From the NCBI GenBank assembly GCA_050287085.1, contig JBNKBE010000006.1, positions 74,381 to 138,380 on the forward strand: a stretch of DNA of 64,000 nt, given 5' to 3'. The notes beneath the pieces were generated by a model that did no database searches, had not been told where the DNA came from, and saw nothing but the letters and a program-made list of their open reading frames with translations. A program made the translations under genes and the position numbers. Of the stretch, positions 18,963-28,779 are shown piece by piece (position 1 is the first letter of the stretch; the number at the start of each line of letters is the position of its first letter). This stretch comes from Polyangiaceae bacterium. GTDB taxonomy: Bacteria; Myxococcota_A; Polyangia; Polyangiales; Polyangiaceae.

Positions 18963-19699
18963 CGCAAGGCGTCGATATTGCGACTGACGTCCTTGCGCTC
19001 GAAGAAGGCTACTACCGCCAAGATCAGCCTCCGCAAAGGATCGCTCGGGGCTAGCTCCGCGGCCAAGGCCGCCACTTCTGCGTCACGGGCCTCCGTCTCG
19101 GGCAACCACTGCTCGCCCGGAAGCGCTGCCAACCGCCGACCAAAGCGCCAAGAAGACTCTCGTAGTCCCTGAATGAACGACAATCCGAGGCGTTCATCCC
19201 AGCGCCCCATGAGCCAATCCAACAGCCAAATGGCAGGCGAATACTCCGCCACGGCGTTTTCGGTCGGGTCCAGCTCGCTTGCGATAATATCGTTGATGCG
19301 AAGATAGTCCGCATACAGCGAATCATAGTCGGAATCGACTGAGACGCGGGCGGCCGCTATCCCCAGATCCAGGTGAATGTGCGCGTTCATTCCAAGGAGC
19401 AAATGAGTCAAGACTGGAAGCTTGCGGGCTTCGGCCGCATCGAAGGCGATACGCCATGACCGTGGCACGCCAGTCCCGGCCTTGTACCCTTCCCAAGCGT
19501 CCAGGTAGTATTGCGCAAAGATGACATCGAAGCGCTCCATTCGGCTCGGATCTTCAAAGCGCCCGTCGGCGATCGCCTCTTTGACCCGCTGCGTCACCCG
19601 GCGATAGAGCGCCGGAAAGTACCCCAGACGCGAACCGGCGCCGCGTTGCTCGTCGATGATGAGGTCGAGCCTCCGCAATACCCCTTCGATCCCACTCAT
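18959..19699 (-). CDS. DUF5995-like protein
   Basis: GYFPALYRRVT, FEDP..RFDVIFAQYYLDA, SWRIAF, LLGMNAHIHLDLG. Confidence 0.8.
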   Translation of the reverse strand: MSGIEGVLRRLDLIIDEQRGAGSRLGYFPALYRRVTQRVKEAIADGRFEDPSRMERFDVIFAQYYLDAWEGYKAGTGVPRSWRIAFDAAEARKLPVLTHLLLGMNAHIHLDLGIAAARVSVDSDYDSLYADYLRINDIIASELDPTENAVAEYSPAIWLLDWLMGRWDERLGLSFIQGLRESSWRFGRRLAALPGEQWLPETEARDAEVAALAAELAPSDPLRRLILAVVAFFERKDVSRNIDALR

Positions 19700-19773
19700 A
19701 CGACTACCCTACTCCCCATTCCTGCGCCCCAACTGAGTTGGCAGTGGCGCACTCCAACTTCCACGTGAAGCTG

Positions 19774-20058
19774 CTACCGTCGCCGACGCGACTTCGACTG
19801 CCGCCGAAGCAACCCGATGTCGCTGAGCAGCCCGATCCCCACCAGCAGCCAACCAAAAGGCGGCACCGCCCCGGGCGCACCTAGATCGTTGCTCGCGAAG
19901 GCAAAGGCCAAAGTCGTGAGCGGGACGCAGAAGAACCCGAGCAAAGGCCACCCCCAATGCCCATAGGCCGCGCTCAGGTACCCATCTCTAAACAGCCAAA
20001 CAAGAGCCAATACAGCGCGAGGAAAGAGCAACGAGAGGCATCCCAGTGCAACGGGCAT
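19774..20058 (-). CDS. Small integral membrane protein
   Basis: Three hydrophobic segments (FPRAVLALVWLF, WPLLGFFCVPLTTLAF, GWLLVGIGLLSD) and a basic tail. Confidence 0.75.
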   Translation of the reverse strand: MPVALGCLSLLFPRAVLALVWLFRDGYLSAAYGHWGWPLLGFFCVPLTTLAFAFASNDLGAPGAVPPFGWLLVGIGLLSDIGLLRRQSKSRRRR

Positions 20059-20239
20059 GTGATGAGCCTATTTGCAATTGGCTGCGGCGTACAGCTTTTC
20101 GCGTTTTCCACCGCGGGATATCGTCCCCCGACGCCGGAAGGCTTCGCGAACTCGGTCGGCCCTCGGGTGCAGCGTTTGGCGCCGCGAAACGGATGATCAC
20201 AGCACAATACCGCAAACGGGTACAGCCGAGCACCTCTGG

Positions 20240-20563
20240 CTAGAGCCCAATCGCTAGCCAGCTCACATCAACCCGCCAGATCTTCGAGTTCAGCCAGGTA
20301 GATAGCTGGATGTCAAAGCCCGATACTGTTACCCCCTCAACCGAGGCCGTGAGCCGAGCGGCGTCGTGGTTCGAGATGTCGAATCCTACGATACCAATGT
20401 GTACGATGGGCACGGCCCTAAAGGGTCGAGCGAAGACGACTTTGGCTCGAAATACGCGATCTTGATCGTCCTGGGCGGCTTCATCGAGGGGCCATCCGTC
20501 GTGCGCATTGCCTAGCGCCTCGGTCCCGGACAGGAAGCAGAGGGGTTCGACGCCATTGCTCAT
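20240..20563 (-). CDS. Stand-alone H-type lectin domain protein
   Basis: VVFARPFRAVPIVHIGIVGFDI..RL..VTVSGFDI..TW..VSWLAIG; GGAG SD upstream. Confidence 0.82.
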   Translation of the reverse strand: MSNGVEPLCFLSGTEALGNAHDGWPLDEAAQDDQDRVFRAKVVFARPFRAVPIVHIGIVGFDISNHDAARLTASVEGVTVSGFDIQLSTWLNSKIWRVDVSWLAIGL

Positions 20564-21115
20564 TTTGAAACTCCGTTTCGAAGCGGGCTTGCCACCCGTG
20601 CCAACTGCACACTAACGCCGTGGGTCTGCGCGCGACGAATGTGACCTACCGCAGGTCTGCCCCTTCAGCGTGCGCGCAGACAACATCGGCAGCATGCCCG
20701 AGTGCTTCGACGCCGGCCAGACCTTTCGGCAGCCCGTTGTCGCGCACGCGCCCTGCTGCGCTTCATCCGCCTGGGAACACCAAAACCGCCTTGAACCAGA
20801 AACACACCCCTCTGCGCCCTGGGCCCCGCGCCGGCTGCTAGATCGCGCCTGCTGCACGCCGCACCTCGACCACGCTCGCAAGCGCGACCCTCAAAATTCT
20901 AGCCTGTCGACAACGGTTGAGCCCAGACCGACCCTAAGAGGGCGATATGACCGAATAATGACAGACGCGAACGTCCAACCTTGCCGATTGTTGTGTACCG
21001 ACCGTCTATTGCCGTATGCCGCGCCGGTCGTTGCTGCCGCAAGCGGCTAGGCCTGCACGAGGCGACGCATGATGAGTCACACGTCTCCTCCAACTGACCT
21101 CCCCCGGAGCCCTTC

Positions 21116-21931
21116 TTGATCATTCTCGCCTTTTTCGTAGGTCACTGGACCCTCTCGGTCTTCTGTCAAACGTTCTTCCTGCACCGCTACGGCGCCCACC
21201 GAATGTTCACGATGTCGCGGGGGTGGGAACGGGTCTTTCACCTGCTTACGTACGTAGCGCAGGGTTCAAGTTATCTCGATCCACGCGGCTATGCGGTGCT
21301 GCACCGCATGCACCATGCCTTCAGTGACACACTCCGAGATCCCCACTCTCCGCGCAATCACACCAATCCGTGGACGATGATGTGGGCCACAAAGAAGACG
21401 TACGACGACTTCGCCTACAATCGCGTCGCCCCCGAGGCCCGCTTTGACGGGGGCGTGCCTACTTGGCCCGCGCTCGATCGCGTGGGTCAGAACTGGCTGG
21501 CTCGCATCGCCTGGGCAGCGGCCTACGCCGCGTTCTACCTGGTGTACGCCCCCAGTCTGTGGTGGTTGCTCCTACTTCCCTGCCACTTTCTGATGGGCCC
21601 TATCCACGGCGCGATCGTCAACTGGTGTGGGCACCGGTATGGCTACCAGAACTTCGACAACCACGACGATTCTCGCAATACGCTGCCCTTCGACTTTCTG
21701 ACATTGGGCGAGCTCTTCCAGAACAACCACCACAAGTTCGGAATGGCCCCAAACTTCGCCGCACGATGGTTCGAGATTGACCCTACCTACGCGGTCATTC
21801 GGCTCCTCGATGCTGTCGGTATCGTCAAACTCGCCAGCTCCCAGAAGATGCGATACCCAGCCGCACCCGTTGCTCCGAGTTCCGACGACGAGACCCCGCC
21901 GGATAGCGTTGAGTCAATCGCAGCAGAGTAA
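21116..21931 (+). CDS. Membrane fatty acid (acyl-CoA) desaturase
   Basis: His boxes HRYGAH, HRMHH, QNNHH; DPHSP; VNWCGH; WFEIDP. Confidence 0.9.
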   Translation: MIILAFFVGHWTLSVFCQTFFLHRYGAHRMFTMSRGWERVFHLLTYVAQGSSYLDPRGYAVLHRMHHAFSDTLRDPHSPRNHTNPWTMMWATKKTYDDFAYNRVAPEARFDGGVPTWPALDRVGQNWLARIAWAAAYAAFYLVYAPSLWWLLLLPCHFLMGPIHGAIVNWCGHRYGYQNFDNHDDSRNTLPFDFLTLGELFQNNHHKFGMAPNFAARWFEIDPTYAVIRLLDAVGIVKLASSQKMRYPAAPVAPSSDDETPPDSVESIAAE

Positions 21932-22022
21932 AAACGAGGCGTAGGACCACCCCTCGGTATCGGGCGCCGGCGTGGGGTCACACACCGGCGCGCTGGCATT
22001 CGGGCTGTGTGGGCTGTCGCGT

Positions 22023-23471
22023 TTATGCTTGAAGCTCCGGCAGCTCCCCCGGAGCGCCTGATTCATCCCCAAACGACGTAACCTCCTCAGCCCCCATCAT
22101 CTGCGCAATGGACACCAGCAGCTGATTGTTGTCACGCCGGGCGCTTCCGTAGTCGACAACACGTCCCGTGGTGAAGGCGCCACCCGCTCCTCCAGCGATA
22201 ACGTAGGGCATCATCGTGAGATCGTGCTGCGTCGACTCACCGATTTCCGAGCCCCAGAACACCACGGTATTGTCCAGCACCGACCCATCCCCCTCGGTGG
22301 ATGAGTTCAGGGCAGACAGTAGGTAGAAGACTTGCTCCGCAAACCAGGTCTGAATTCGACCATATTCGGCAAAACCCGTGGTGCCCTGCCAGTCGTGGGA
22401 TATCACATGATGGTTGCGGGTCAGGTCCAGGAACTTGAAGAGATGCTCGCTCTCCGCGTAGTTCCACTGCAACGTGATGATGCGGGTTTGATCGCACGCC
22501 AGCGCCGCAGCGGCCAGATCCATCTGTAACCGCCCCGTCGCTTCCAACGTGTCATCATCGCCCAGGTTGATCTCTGGATCAACTTGGGGAACGACGCACT
22601 TGCCCCCCTCCGCAACCCTCTCGCTGGCGTCGCCGGCGGTTGTCAGGCGCTGCTCGATATCGCGAATGGCGTCTCGGTGCGCCTGCAGCTTAACCTTGTC
22701 TTCGGCGCCCAGAATCCCTTCCATTCTGTTGAGTTCAGCCAGCGTGAGATCGAATACGCTCCGGCGCTGCCGTCTTAGCTCCTCGAGCGTGGTCGCCGCC
22801 ATCCCCCCGTCTCCACCCGCGTCCGCCGCCAAGTCGCCAAACAGAGCCGCGAACACGTCCCGCGGATCCTCGCGGGGCGGGATGGGCCGGTCCGGTCCCG
22901 CGTAGGCGATACGCCCGCGGACCTCTGCGTCTCGTACGTGCACGCCAAGCTCCAGCGTCTTGAAAGTCGTCGGAGGATTGAGCACGTTGGCGATGTGCTG
23001 ATCGATCGAGATCCCCGAACCCCATCCCGATGTCGCCATGAAGCTCTGAAATGTTCCGGTGCCGAGTGGTCGCGCCGTCAGCAACCCGCCGATGCCGCGC
23101 GCATGCTCAGATCCGTTGAGTCCACCGTTGAATCCGTTGTCCCCCACCACAGCTGGACAATGCCGGATCCCCTTCAGGAAGGTGAGCTTGTCGGCCAGCG
23201 GCGCTAGGGGAGCCGTATACTCTGGAAACACGAGCCCGTCGGGTCCCGAAACGGGCCAAAACAGCTCGTTTCGTGTTCCGTTGGGGGTTGCCACAACGAC
23301 CATCCGCTTCGGAACGTCCGCCTGTCCGCGCGCCCGATGACTGTTCAGCAGCGGGACCGATGCAGTGGTTGCCAAAGCCCCGCCCAGGAGCTGTCGTCGG
23401 GTCAGACCCGGCAGCGAAGGGCGCGACCGCGACCATCCGCGCTGCAACGCTTTGGAGCGAACGTTCATCAC
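22023..23471 (-). CDS. DUF1552-family protein, Tat-exported (second copy)
   Basis: TRRQLLG, TPNG, SIDQ, LELGV, ALACDQTR, HHVISH, GSVLDNT. Confidence 0.88.
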   Translation of the reverse strand: MMNVRSKALQRGWSRSRPSLPGLTRRQLLGGALATTASVPLLNSHRARGQADVPKRMVVVATPNGTRNELFWPVSGPDGLVFPEYTAPLAPLADKLTFLKGIRHCPAVVGDNGFNGGLNGSEHARGIGGLLTARPLGTGTFQSFMATSGWGSGISIDQHIANVLNPPTTFKTLELGVHVRDAEVRGRIAYAGPDRPIPPREDPRDVFAALFGDLAADAGGDGGMAATTLEELRRQRRSVFDLTLAELNRMEGILGAEDKVKLQAHRDAIRDIEQRLTTAGDASERVAEGGKCVVPQVDPEINLGDDDTLEATGRLQMDLAAAALACDQTRIITLQWNYAESEHLFKFLDLTRNHHVISHDWQGTTGFAEYGRIQTWFAEQVFYLLSALNSSTEGDGSVLDNTVVFWGSEIGESTQHDLTMMPYVIAGGAGGAFTTGRVVDYGSARRDNNQLLVSIAQMMGAEEVTSFGDESGAPGELPELQA

Positions 23472-25426
23472 AATCCCTCCGCACTGACCGAGCGCCGGTA
23501 GAGGAAAGCCTCCGTCTGTGTCGTCCGCACCATCATCTCCATCAGATCGCCTCCGCTCTCAGCAAACGCCTCCTGCAACGGCGCAAGCGAACAGGCGTCC
23601 CCCAGCTCAACGCCTCGCCCAACGACGTACTTGTACCATTGAGTGACAACGCAGTCCCGAACCTGGTCGCTCTCGGCCAAACGCTGCACCATCTCTCTGG
23701 GCCCCACAAAGGACCCGTCCAGGTCACGCGTTGCGACGAACTGGCCACTGAGGTCCAAGGCCGCCCCGTTGTCTGTAGTGCGAAACCGTCCGATCGCGTC
23801 GTAGCCCTCCAGAGGATAGCCGAGTGGGTCCATCAAGGCGTGGCAACCCGCGCAGGACTCGTCCGTCGCGTGACGACTGAAACGCTCGCGAGCCGTCCCC
23901 CCTTCCGCTACGTCAGGAGCCTGGAACATCACATTATCAGGCGGCGGCGAGGGAGGCGTGCACAGCAGCTTGCTACGGATGAACTTACCGCGAGACACGG
24001 GCGAGGTCTGATCCGGATGCGATTGCGCGGCCAAGAAGCCCGGAAGAGTGAGAAACCCCAGCCGCTCTGTTGGCTCCAAGTCAACGACGCCCGCACCAGC
24101 CGGAACACCGTAGAGTTCGGCAAGTGGGGCAGACGGCTGCCCCAAGGGGGCCGTCAGAAGCTCGGCCAAACTCGCACCGCGCTTCCACAGCAGCTCGGCG
24201 ATCACGGCCTCTGCCTCATCGAGCATCGACTGCCGCAGCTCCGAGCTCCACAGCGGAAACAGGCTCTTGTCTTTGTCGTCCTTGAGCGTATTGAGTTCAG
24301 TCCACTGTCGATAGAATTCGGCGACCGCCGAATGTGCTCGCTCATCGGCGAGAAGCCGCCGCGCTTGGACTGCTACCTCCTCAGCGCTAGCCAGCTCCCC
24401 GTTTTGCGCCGCATCCAAGAGGACGTCGTCCGGACCCGACGCCCACAATAGAAATGACAGACGTGCAGCCGTCTCATAGGGATCCAAGCGGACCATGCCA
24501 CTCCCGGGCCGCTCCAGGCCCGTGTATTCAACCCGATACAAGAAGTGGGGTGACTGCAACATCGTCCGGATCATCAGCTCGATACCGGTCGAATAGCTCC
24601 CGCCGGCCGCATAAGCTGCCATCAGCATATCCAGATCATCGGAGGTGAGCGCCCGACGAAACGCTCGACGTCCGAACTCTTCGGCAAACCGTTGCGCGCA
24701 CTCGGTCTCGCCCAACGATTCCGTCTCGCAGGGCAAGAGCTCGTCCAAACGCGTCACCGCGTCCGCGGCCAGCAACTCCGAAGCTTCGACGTACCTCTCC
24801 ACGTGTAACGAAGACACCGTTAGCACCAGCGCATTGTTGCTGAACCCATCAGCAATCTCATCCACCGGAAAGTTGCTCGACGGTCGAAGACTGGCTCCCA
24901 AGAGATCGCGCACCGCGTTGTCGTACTCGAAGCGCGTCAGGCGCCGCAGCGGCGTCGGCGGACGCACAAGAGTCGTGCAATCAACCGCCTTCCCCGTTTC
25001 GGTGAGCACCGAGTCGGGAGCGTTGGTTGGAAGCGTGTTGCTGTTGACTGCACCGCCGTCAGCTGACGGCCCGCCCGCATTGCTGGCCTGCCCTCCGCCG
25101 CTTGCGCCCGCGTGCGTCGAGCCGCTGACGCCCGGGGGTGAAGCCTCACCCATCAACTCGTCGGACCCCGCCGAACACGCTATGGTAAGCCACAACCCTG
25201 GGAGCCATCCCCACACGCGGGCACAGGCTCGAAGCACGCTACGCTCCGGGCCGCCCTCCCGTCGCTGACCGGGGCTTCGCTGACCGGGGTTTCGCTGACC
25301 GGGGTTTCGCTGACCGGGGTTTCGCTGACCGGGGCTTCGCTGACCGGGGCTTCGCTGATCACAGCTAACCTGACCAGAGCTCCGCAAATCGTTCCCACTA
25401 TTCGTCACGCAGGTTACCTCCGTCAA
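23468..25426 (-). CDS. DUF1592/1588-type multidomain lipoprotein with CxxCH (second copy); start uncertain
   Basis: LRRLTRFEYDNAVRDL, LQSPHFLYR, ARLSFLLWASGPD, TSPVSRG, CAGCH; TIAC lipobox. Confidence 0.88.
   Translation of the reverse strand: MTEVTCVTNSGNDLRSSGQVSCDQRSPGQRSPGQRNPGQRNPGQRNPGQRSPGQRREGGPERSVLRACARVWGWLPGLWLTIACSAGSDELMGEASPPGVSGSTHAGASGGGQASNAGGPSADGGAVNSNTLPTNAPDSVLTETGKAVDCTTLVRPPTPLRRLTRFEYDNAVRDLLGASLRPSSNFPVDEIADGFSNNALVLTVSSLHVERYVEASELLAADAVTRLDELLPCETESLGETECAQRFAEEFGRRAFRRALTSDDLDMLMAAYAAGGSYSTGIELMIRTMLQSPHFLYRVEYTGLERPGSGMVRLDPYETAARLSFLLWASGPDDVLLDAAQNGELASAEEVAVQARRLLADERAHSAVAEFYRQWTELNTLKDDKDKSLFPLWSSELRQSMLDEAEAVIAELLWKRGASLAELLTAPLGQPSAPLAELYGVPAGAGVVDLEPTERLGFLTLPGFLAAQSHPDQTSPVSRGKFIRSKLLCTPPSPPPDNVMFQAPDVAEGGTARERFSRHATDESCAGCHALMDPLGYPLEGYDAIGRFRTTDNGAALDLSGQFVATRDLDGSFVGPREMVQRLAESDQVRDCVVTQWYKYVVGRGVELGDACSLAPLQEAFAESGGDLMEMMVRTTQTEAFLYRRSVSAEGL
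25262..25358. repeat. 15-bp tandem repeat x6; encodes (QR[S/N]PG)6 if the upstream start is used
   Basis: TCGCTGACCGGGG(C/T)T units from 25262. Confidence 0.95.
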
Positions 25427-25593
25427 GCACGCCGCTCACACGCACCCTAGACGACAACCGGCACCTGTCCACTCGGAAGCACCGCCGGGAGCGCAATTCC
25501 TGCGTGGAAGCATAGATCAACTCGGACCACAACACCGCCGCAGGCGCACTTCGACCGCCCTGGCCGGGCCCAACGATATCGCCGCAGCGCCCC

Positions 25594-26634
25594 TCAGCAC
25601 TTGCTCGGCAAGACCGTACGCCCGTAACAGGCCGCAAGCTTTCGCGCTTCCGCGGCCATGGCCTCTCGAAGCTCCAAGGGCTCGAGGACTTCGACCAGCG
25701 CCCCCAGAGAACGCAAATAGCCCCGCAGCTCCATCGAGTCGCTCACCGACGCGCGAAGCAGGCACCAGCCTTCCTCCGACGCGGCCTCCACCCGCTGATC
25801 GCTTGAGAGGGGAGATTCCATGAGACTGGCGGCTACCCCGGCGTCGACCCGCACATGCAACGACACGCGACTTCCCAGCAGGAACCCTAGCGCTCCTGAC
25901 TCGATGTGCTTGTCGAGGGAGAAGCGAACCGGAAACCGGAAGTTGCGCTCCGCAACCCGCGCCTGCCCCATGCGGTGCAATAGCAAGTGCCGCAGCTGCT
26001 CTGTACCAGCGAGTTGGCACACCAATGTAATGACGCCATCGCGCAGTACCAAGGCAAGAGGCTCTACACTGTAACTGGCAGCCGTACGCGCGCCTCGTTT
26101 GGTGTACTGCACGTCCAATACGCGCTCCTCCAGGAGCGCGTCGTACACGGCATCGACAACACGCGACGATACACGAGGCGCGCGCCTTGGATAGCCCCTC
26201 GGTAGCGCACGCACCTTCTGTCGCCAACGCGATAAGCGAGCATCTTGGCTCAAGGCAAGCGCCCGCTCCGCCTCCTCGAAGGTGGGCTCCAGTGCCCGCA
26301 AGAGCGCACGCGGAAGCGCCGCCTGCAGGTGAGCTCTCGACAGGTCCAGGGTAACAGCCGCAGACAGTCCCATCAACGACAGCTGCAACGCTGGCGCGTC
26401 CCGATCCCAGCTCCACGCATAGGGCTTGCTGCGTGTGTCACAGACCAAGCCGCGAAAGCCGTGAGAAAGCTGTTCCAGGTCGCGCTGCACGCTGCGAAGA
26501 TGCACTTCGTAGCCCTCGGTGGTCAGTAGTTCGTGCAGGCGGCTGGCTGTTATCCGCCGCGGAGCGCGTGGTACCTTGGACAGCAGTGACCAATAGCGCT
26601 GCAATGTTTCACCCAGTGGCGCAGTTCTCGGCAC
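25594..26634 (-). CDS. wHTH-WYL-WCX transcriptional regulator
   Basis: HTH LRSVQRDLEQL; WYL domain Y..VEPLALV..LV..RHLLLHRM; WCX LRSLGALVEVLEPLELR. Confidence 0.9.
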   Translation of the reverse strand: MPRTAPLGETLQRYWSLLSKVPRAPRRITASRLHELLTTEGYEVHLRSVQRDLEQLSHGFRGLVCDTRSKPYAWSWDRDAPALQLSLMGLSAAVTLDLSRAHLQAALPRALLRALEPTFEEAERALALSQDARLSRWRQKVRALPRGYPRRAPRVSSRVVDAVYDALLEERVLDVQYTKRGARTAASYSVEPLALVLRDGVITLVCQLAGTEQLRHLLLHRMGQARVAERNFRFPVRFSLDKHIESGALGFLLGSRVSLHVRVDAGVAASLMESPLSSDQRVEAASEEGWCLLRASVSDSMELRGYLRSLGALVEVLEPLELREAMAAEARKLAACYGRTVLPSKC

Positions 26635-26702
26635 TTCCCTAGGCTAGTCGCGGCGCAGCGCCCGTGCATAGGAATGTGCCCTAGACTGGGCTTTGAGCGG
26701 AA

Positions 26703-26881
26703 GAGGGGGGAGCGAGCTTGCTCCCTCCTCGCGCTTTGGGGTTCGGCCGTTGGGAGGGGGTTCGGTTTTTGGCGGCCGGTTGCAGCACCGCCCTGCTGAT
26801 GATTGCGTGCGGGCAGCGAGGGCAGCGCCCTCGCTCGCTCTCCCAACCCCGCAGACTATTGTCCCCAAGGGGGTTCGGCCG
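26703..26881. other. Highly base-paired intergenic element (ncRNA or REP/MITE-like)
   Basis: Hairpins at 26703-26730 and 26815-26835; long-range pairs 26749-58/26838-47 and 26736-41/26863-68; GGGGTTCGG x3. Confidence 0.5.
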
Positions 26882-26934
26882 CGCGCTTAGCCGCCACTTG
26901 CGCTAGGCGGCGGGTACGACTACGGTTTTTCTTC

Positions 26935-27465
26935 GTGTGGCGTTCGATTCAAGTCATCGTAGCGGCAATCCAGCTGGCTTCACCAAAAGTACCCGACGAA
27001 GACGCCAAGCGGATCGCAGCCGCCCTGCAGGAGCAGGCGAAGGCCCACGACTTTGATCCACTGACCGGCGTCGCCATCATCCGACACGAGAGCAACTTCA
27101 ACCCGAAGGCAGTCTCCAAGAACGGTGAAGATATGGGCCTTGCCCAGATCCGAGCCCGCTTCATCGGGGACTGCAAGCACACCCAATCGCCCGTCAAGGC
27201 CCCCACACCCGCCTGCAAGCGCGTCAGAATCAGCCTTCTGGAGCCCGAGGAGAACATCCGGGTGATGGCTGAGCTCATCACGCGCAACAGAAAATTCTGC
27301 AAGCAGAAGACCGGCAGTGCCAATTTCGCCCGCTGGCTGGCGAGCTACCAGGGCAGAAATAACGTGCGCAAGAAGCGCTGGTGCAAGCCTGGCAAAGGCA
27401 CGTGGCGCGTCATCGAGACCCGGCGTCGGCTCATCCAACAGCTGACCAAGGCGCACCTTCTCTGA
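26935..27465 (+). CDS. Lytic transglycosylase (SLT domain) protein
   Basis: AIIRHESNFNPKAVS, GLAQI, LLEPEENI, LASYQG; GTG start inferred. Confidence 0.8.
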   Translation: MWRSIQVIVAAIQLASPKVPDEDAKRIAAALQEQAKAHDFDPLTGVAIIRHESNFNPKAVSKNGEDMGLAQIRARFIGDCKHTQSPVKAPTPACKRVRISLLEPEENIRVMAELITRNRKFCKQKTGSANFARWLASYQGRNNVRKKRWCKPGKGTWRVIETRRRLIQQLTKAHLL

Positions 27466-27528
27466 TTCTAGGGAGGTCTCGGCAGACCGACTTGGCGAGG
27501 CGAGCTCCGGGGTGCCGCTGCGCTCGCT

Positions 27529-28743
27529 CTACGTGTCCAGCGCCTGCTCAGCGCTCAGTGCGTCCAAGCGCCGCTGGACTTGTCGGGCGCTGAGTGTCCC
27601 TTTGAAGACAAGCAAGCGTGCGGAATCCTCCGAGCTCAGGAGCTCTTCGCTAACCCGTAGTCGTTCACTGACAGCAAAAACAATCCGCTCGTTCAGGCCA
27701 GCCTCCACCAATTCAATGCGCTTGAACACAGCATCGCGACTCCAAAAGCCGAGCAGCTCGAAGTAGACCCGCTGCCCCGCACACTCAAAGACCAGGTCCG
27801 GAACGCATATACCAAGCCCCGGCACATGGAGAATGCGGTCGCTCGGCGCAACGCTCCAGCGAGTATCTAGCGCATCGAATGCCGAAACGAGGCGATCGAG
27901 CTCCGGTGTGTTCGTCTGATCGTCGGTCTGACTGCGCGCCGCCCTTTGCTGCTCATAGCTAAACGTCAAAGGCGTGCGACTCTTGCCCCAAAGCACCTCG
28001 GCGCGAATCGACGCGGTGCCACACGCCAACAGGTGGGGCCAAAGGAGCGCAAGCTGCAAGCCGTATTTCGTCACCGATTCAAACAGGCTGAAGGGGCCAT
28101 CGATCTCGATTCGATACCCTTGCTCCACCGGCTCAATCGTGTGGAGCAGCCGCCGGAACTTGAGAGCGCGAAACAACGCCCGATAGTCGCCCGGAGCATC
28201 CGCCTGAACCACTGCACTGACACGCACCGCACGAAGCAGCACAGCCTGGTATTGAGCCGCTTCGTAGCGGCGGACCAAAGCCTCCGCGTCCAACGTCGGA
28301 CGCTGCACGAGGCGATGTTCGCTCTTCAAATCGGCGAAGAGCACCGCATCCATTTGTGCCGCCTCCAAACCGAAAGCTGCGCCCACCTCAGCGAGCAAGC
28401 CATCGCGATCCAGCTCCACCGACCCAGCCTTGCGCAGCTCCGCGGCACGGCGAAATAGCCTTCGCCGGACTTCGAGCGGCGAAGGCTCCGATACCTGTTC
28501 AAACTCACAAGCATCTTCCACGAGCTTCGCTAGACCGTCGTAGAGCTTCCGTTCACGAGCCCCAACCAATAGAGACGCCCACTGCGCTTTGAGCTCCCCC
28601 CGCGTGCACACGTCGTCGGATGTGGCCGCGGACAGCAAAGCCAGTGATAATTCCAGGGCACGAGCGCGCGCCTTCGGCGTCAAGGCCGTGACCAACAGCC
28701 GTGTTCCGCTCTTTCGGGTGCGGACCAAGTCCGGAGTCAGCAT
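27529..28743 (-). CDS. DUF790 / Bax1-like PD-(D/E)xK endonuclease
   Basis: MLTPDL, LFADL, QAVLLRA, IDGPFSLF..KYGLQLA, VPDLVF..YFELLGFW. Confidence 0.85.
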   Translation of the reverse strand: MLTPDLVRTRKSGTRLLVTALTPKARARALELSLALLSAATSDDVCTRGELKAQWASLLVGARERKLYDGLAKLVEDACEFEQVSEPSPLEVRRRLFRRAAELRKAGSVELDRDGLLAEVGAAFGLEAAQMDAVLFADLKSEHRLVQRPTLDAEALVRRYEAAQYQAVLLRAVRVSAVVQADAPGDYRALFRALKFRRLLHTIEPVEQGYRIEIDGPFSLFESVTKYGLQLALLWPHLLACGTASIRAEVLWGKSRTPLTFSYEQQRAARSQTDDQTNTPELDRLVSAFDALDTRWSVAPSDRILHVPGLGICVPDLVFECAGQRVYFELLGFWSRDAVFKRIELVEAGLNERIVFAVSERLRVSEELLSSEDSARLLVFKGTLSARQVQRRLDALSAEQALDT

Positions 28744-28779
28744 GGCAGCACCACATCCGGGGCCCGTGTCAACGAGAGC

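Noticed and set aside
20589..20603. Sigma54 promoter for the lectin gene (TGGCACGGGTGGCAA)
   Set aside because: GG-to-GC spacing is not the required 10 nt
23273..24451. Long alternative-frame ORFs (this one, 42102..43181, 58758..59726, 17014..17847 and similar)
   Set aside because: They overlap well-supported genes, have no recognisable motifs, and are expected in high-GC DNA
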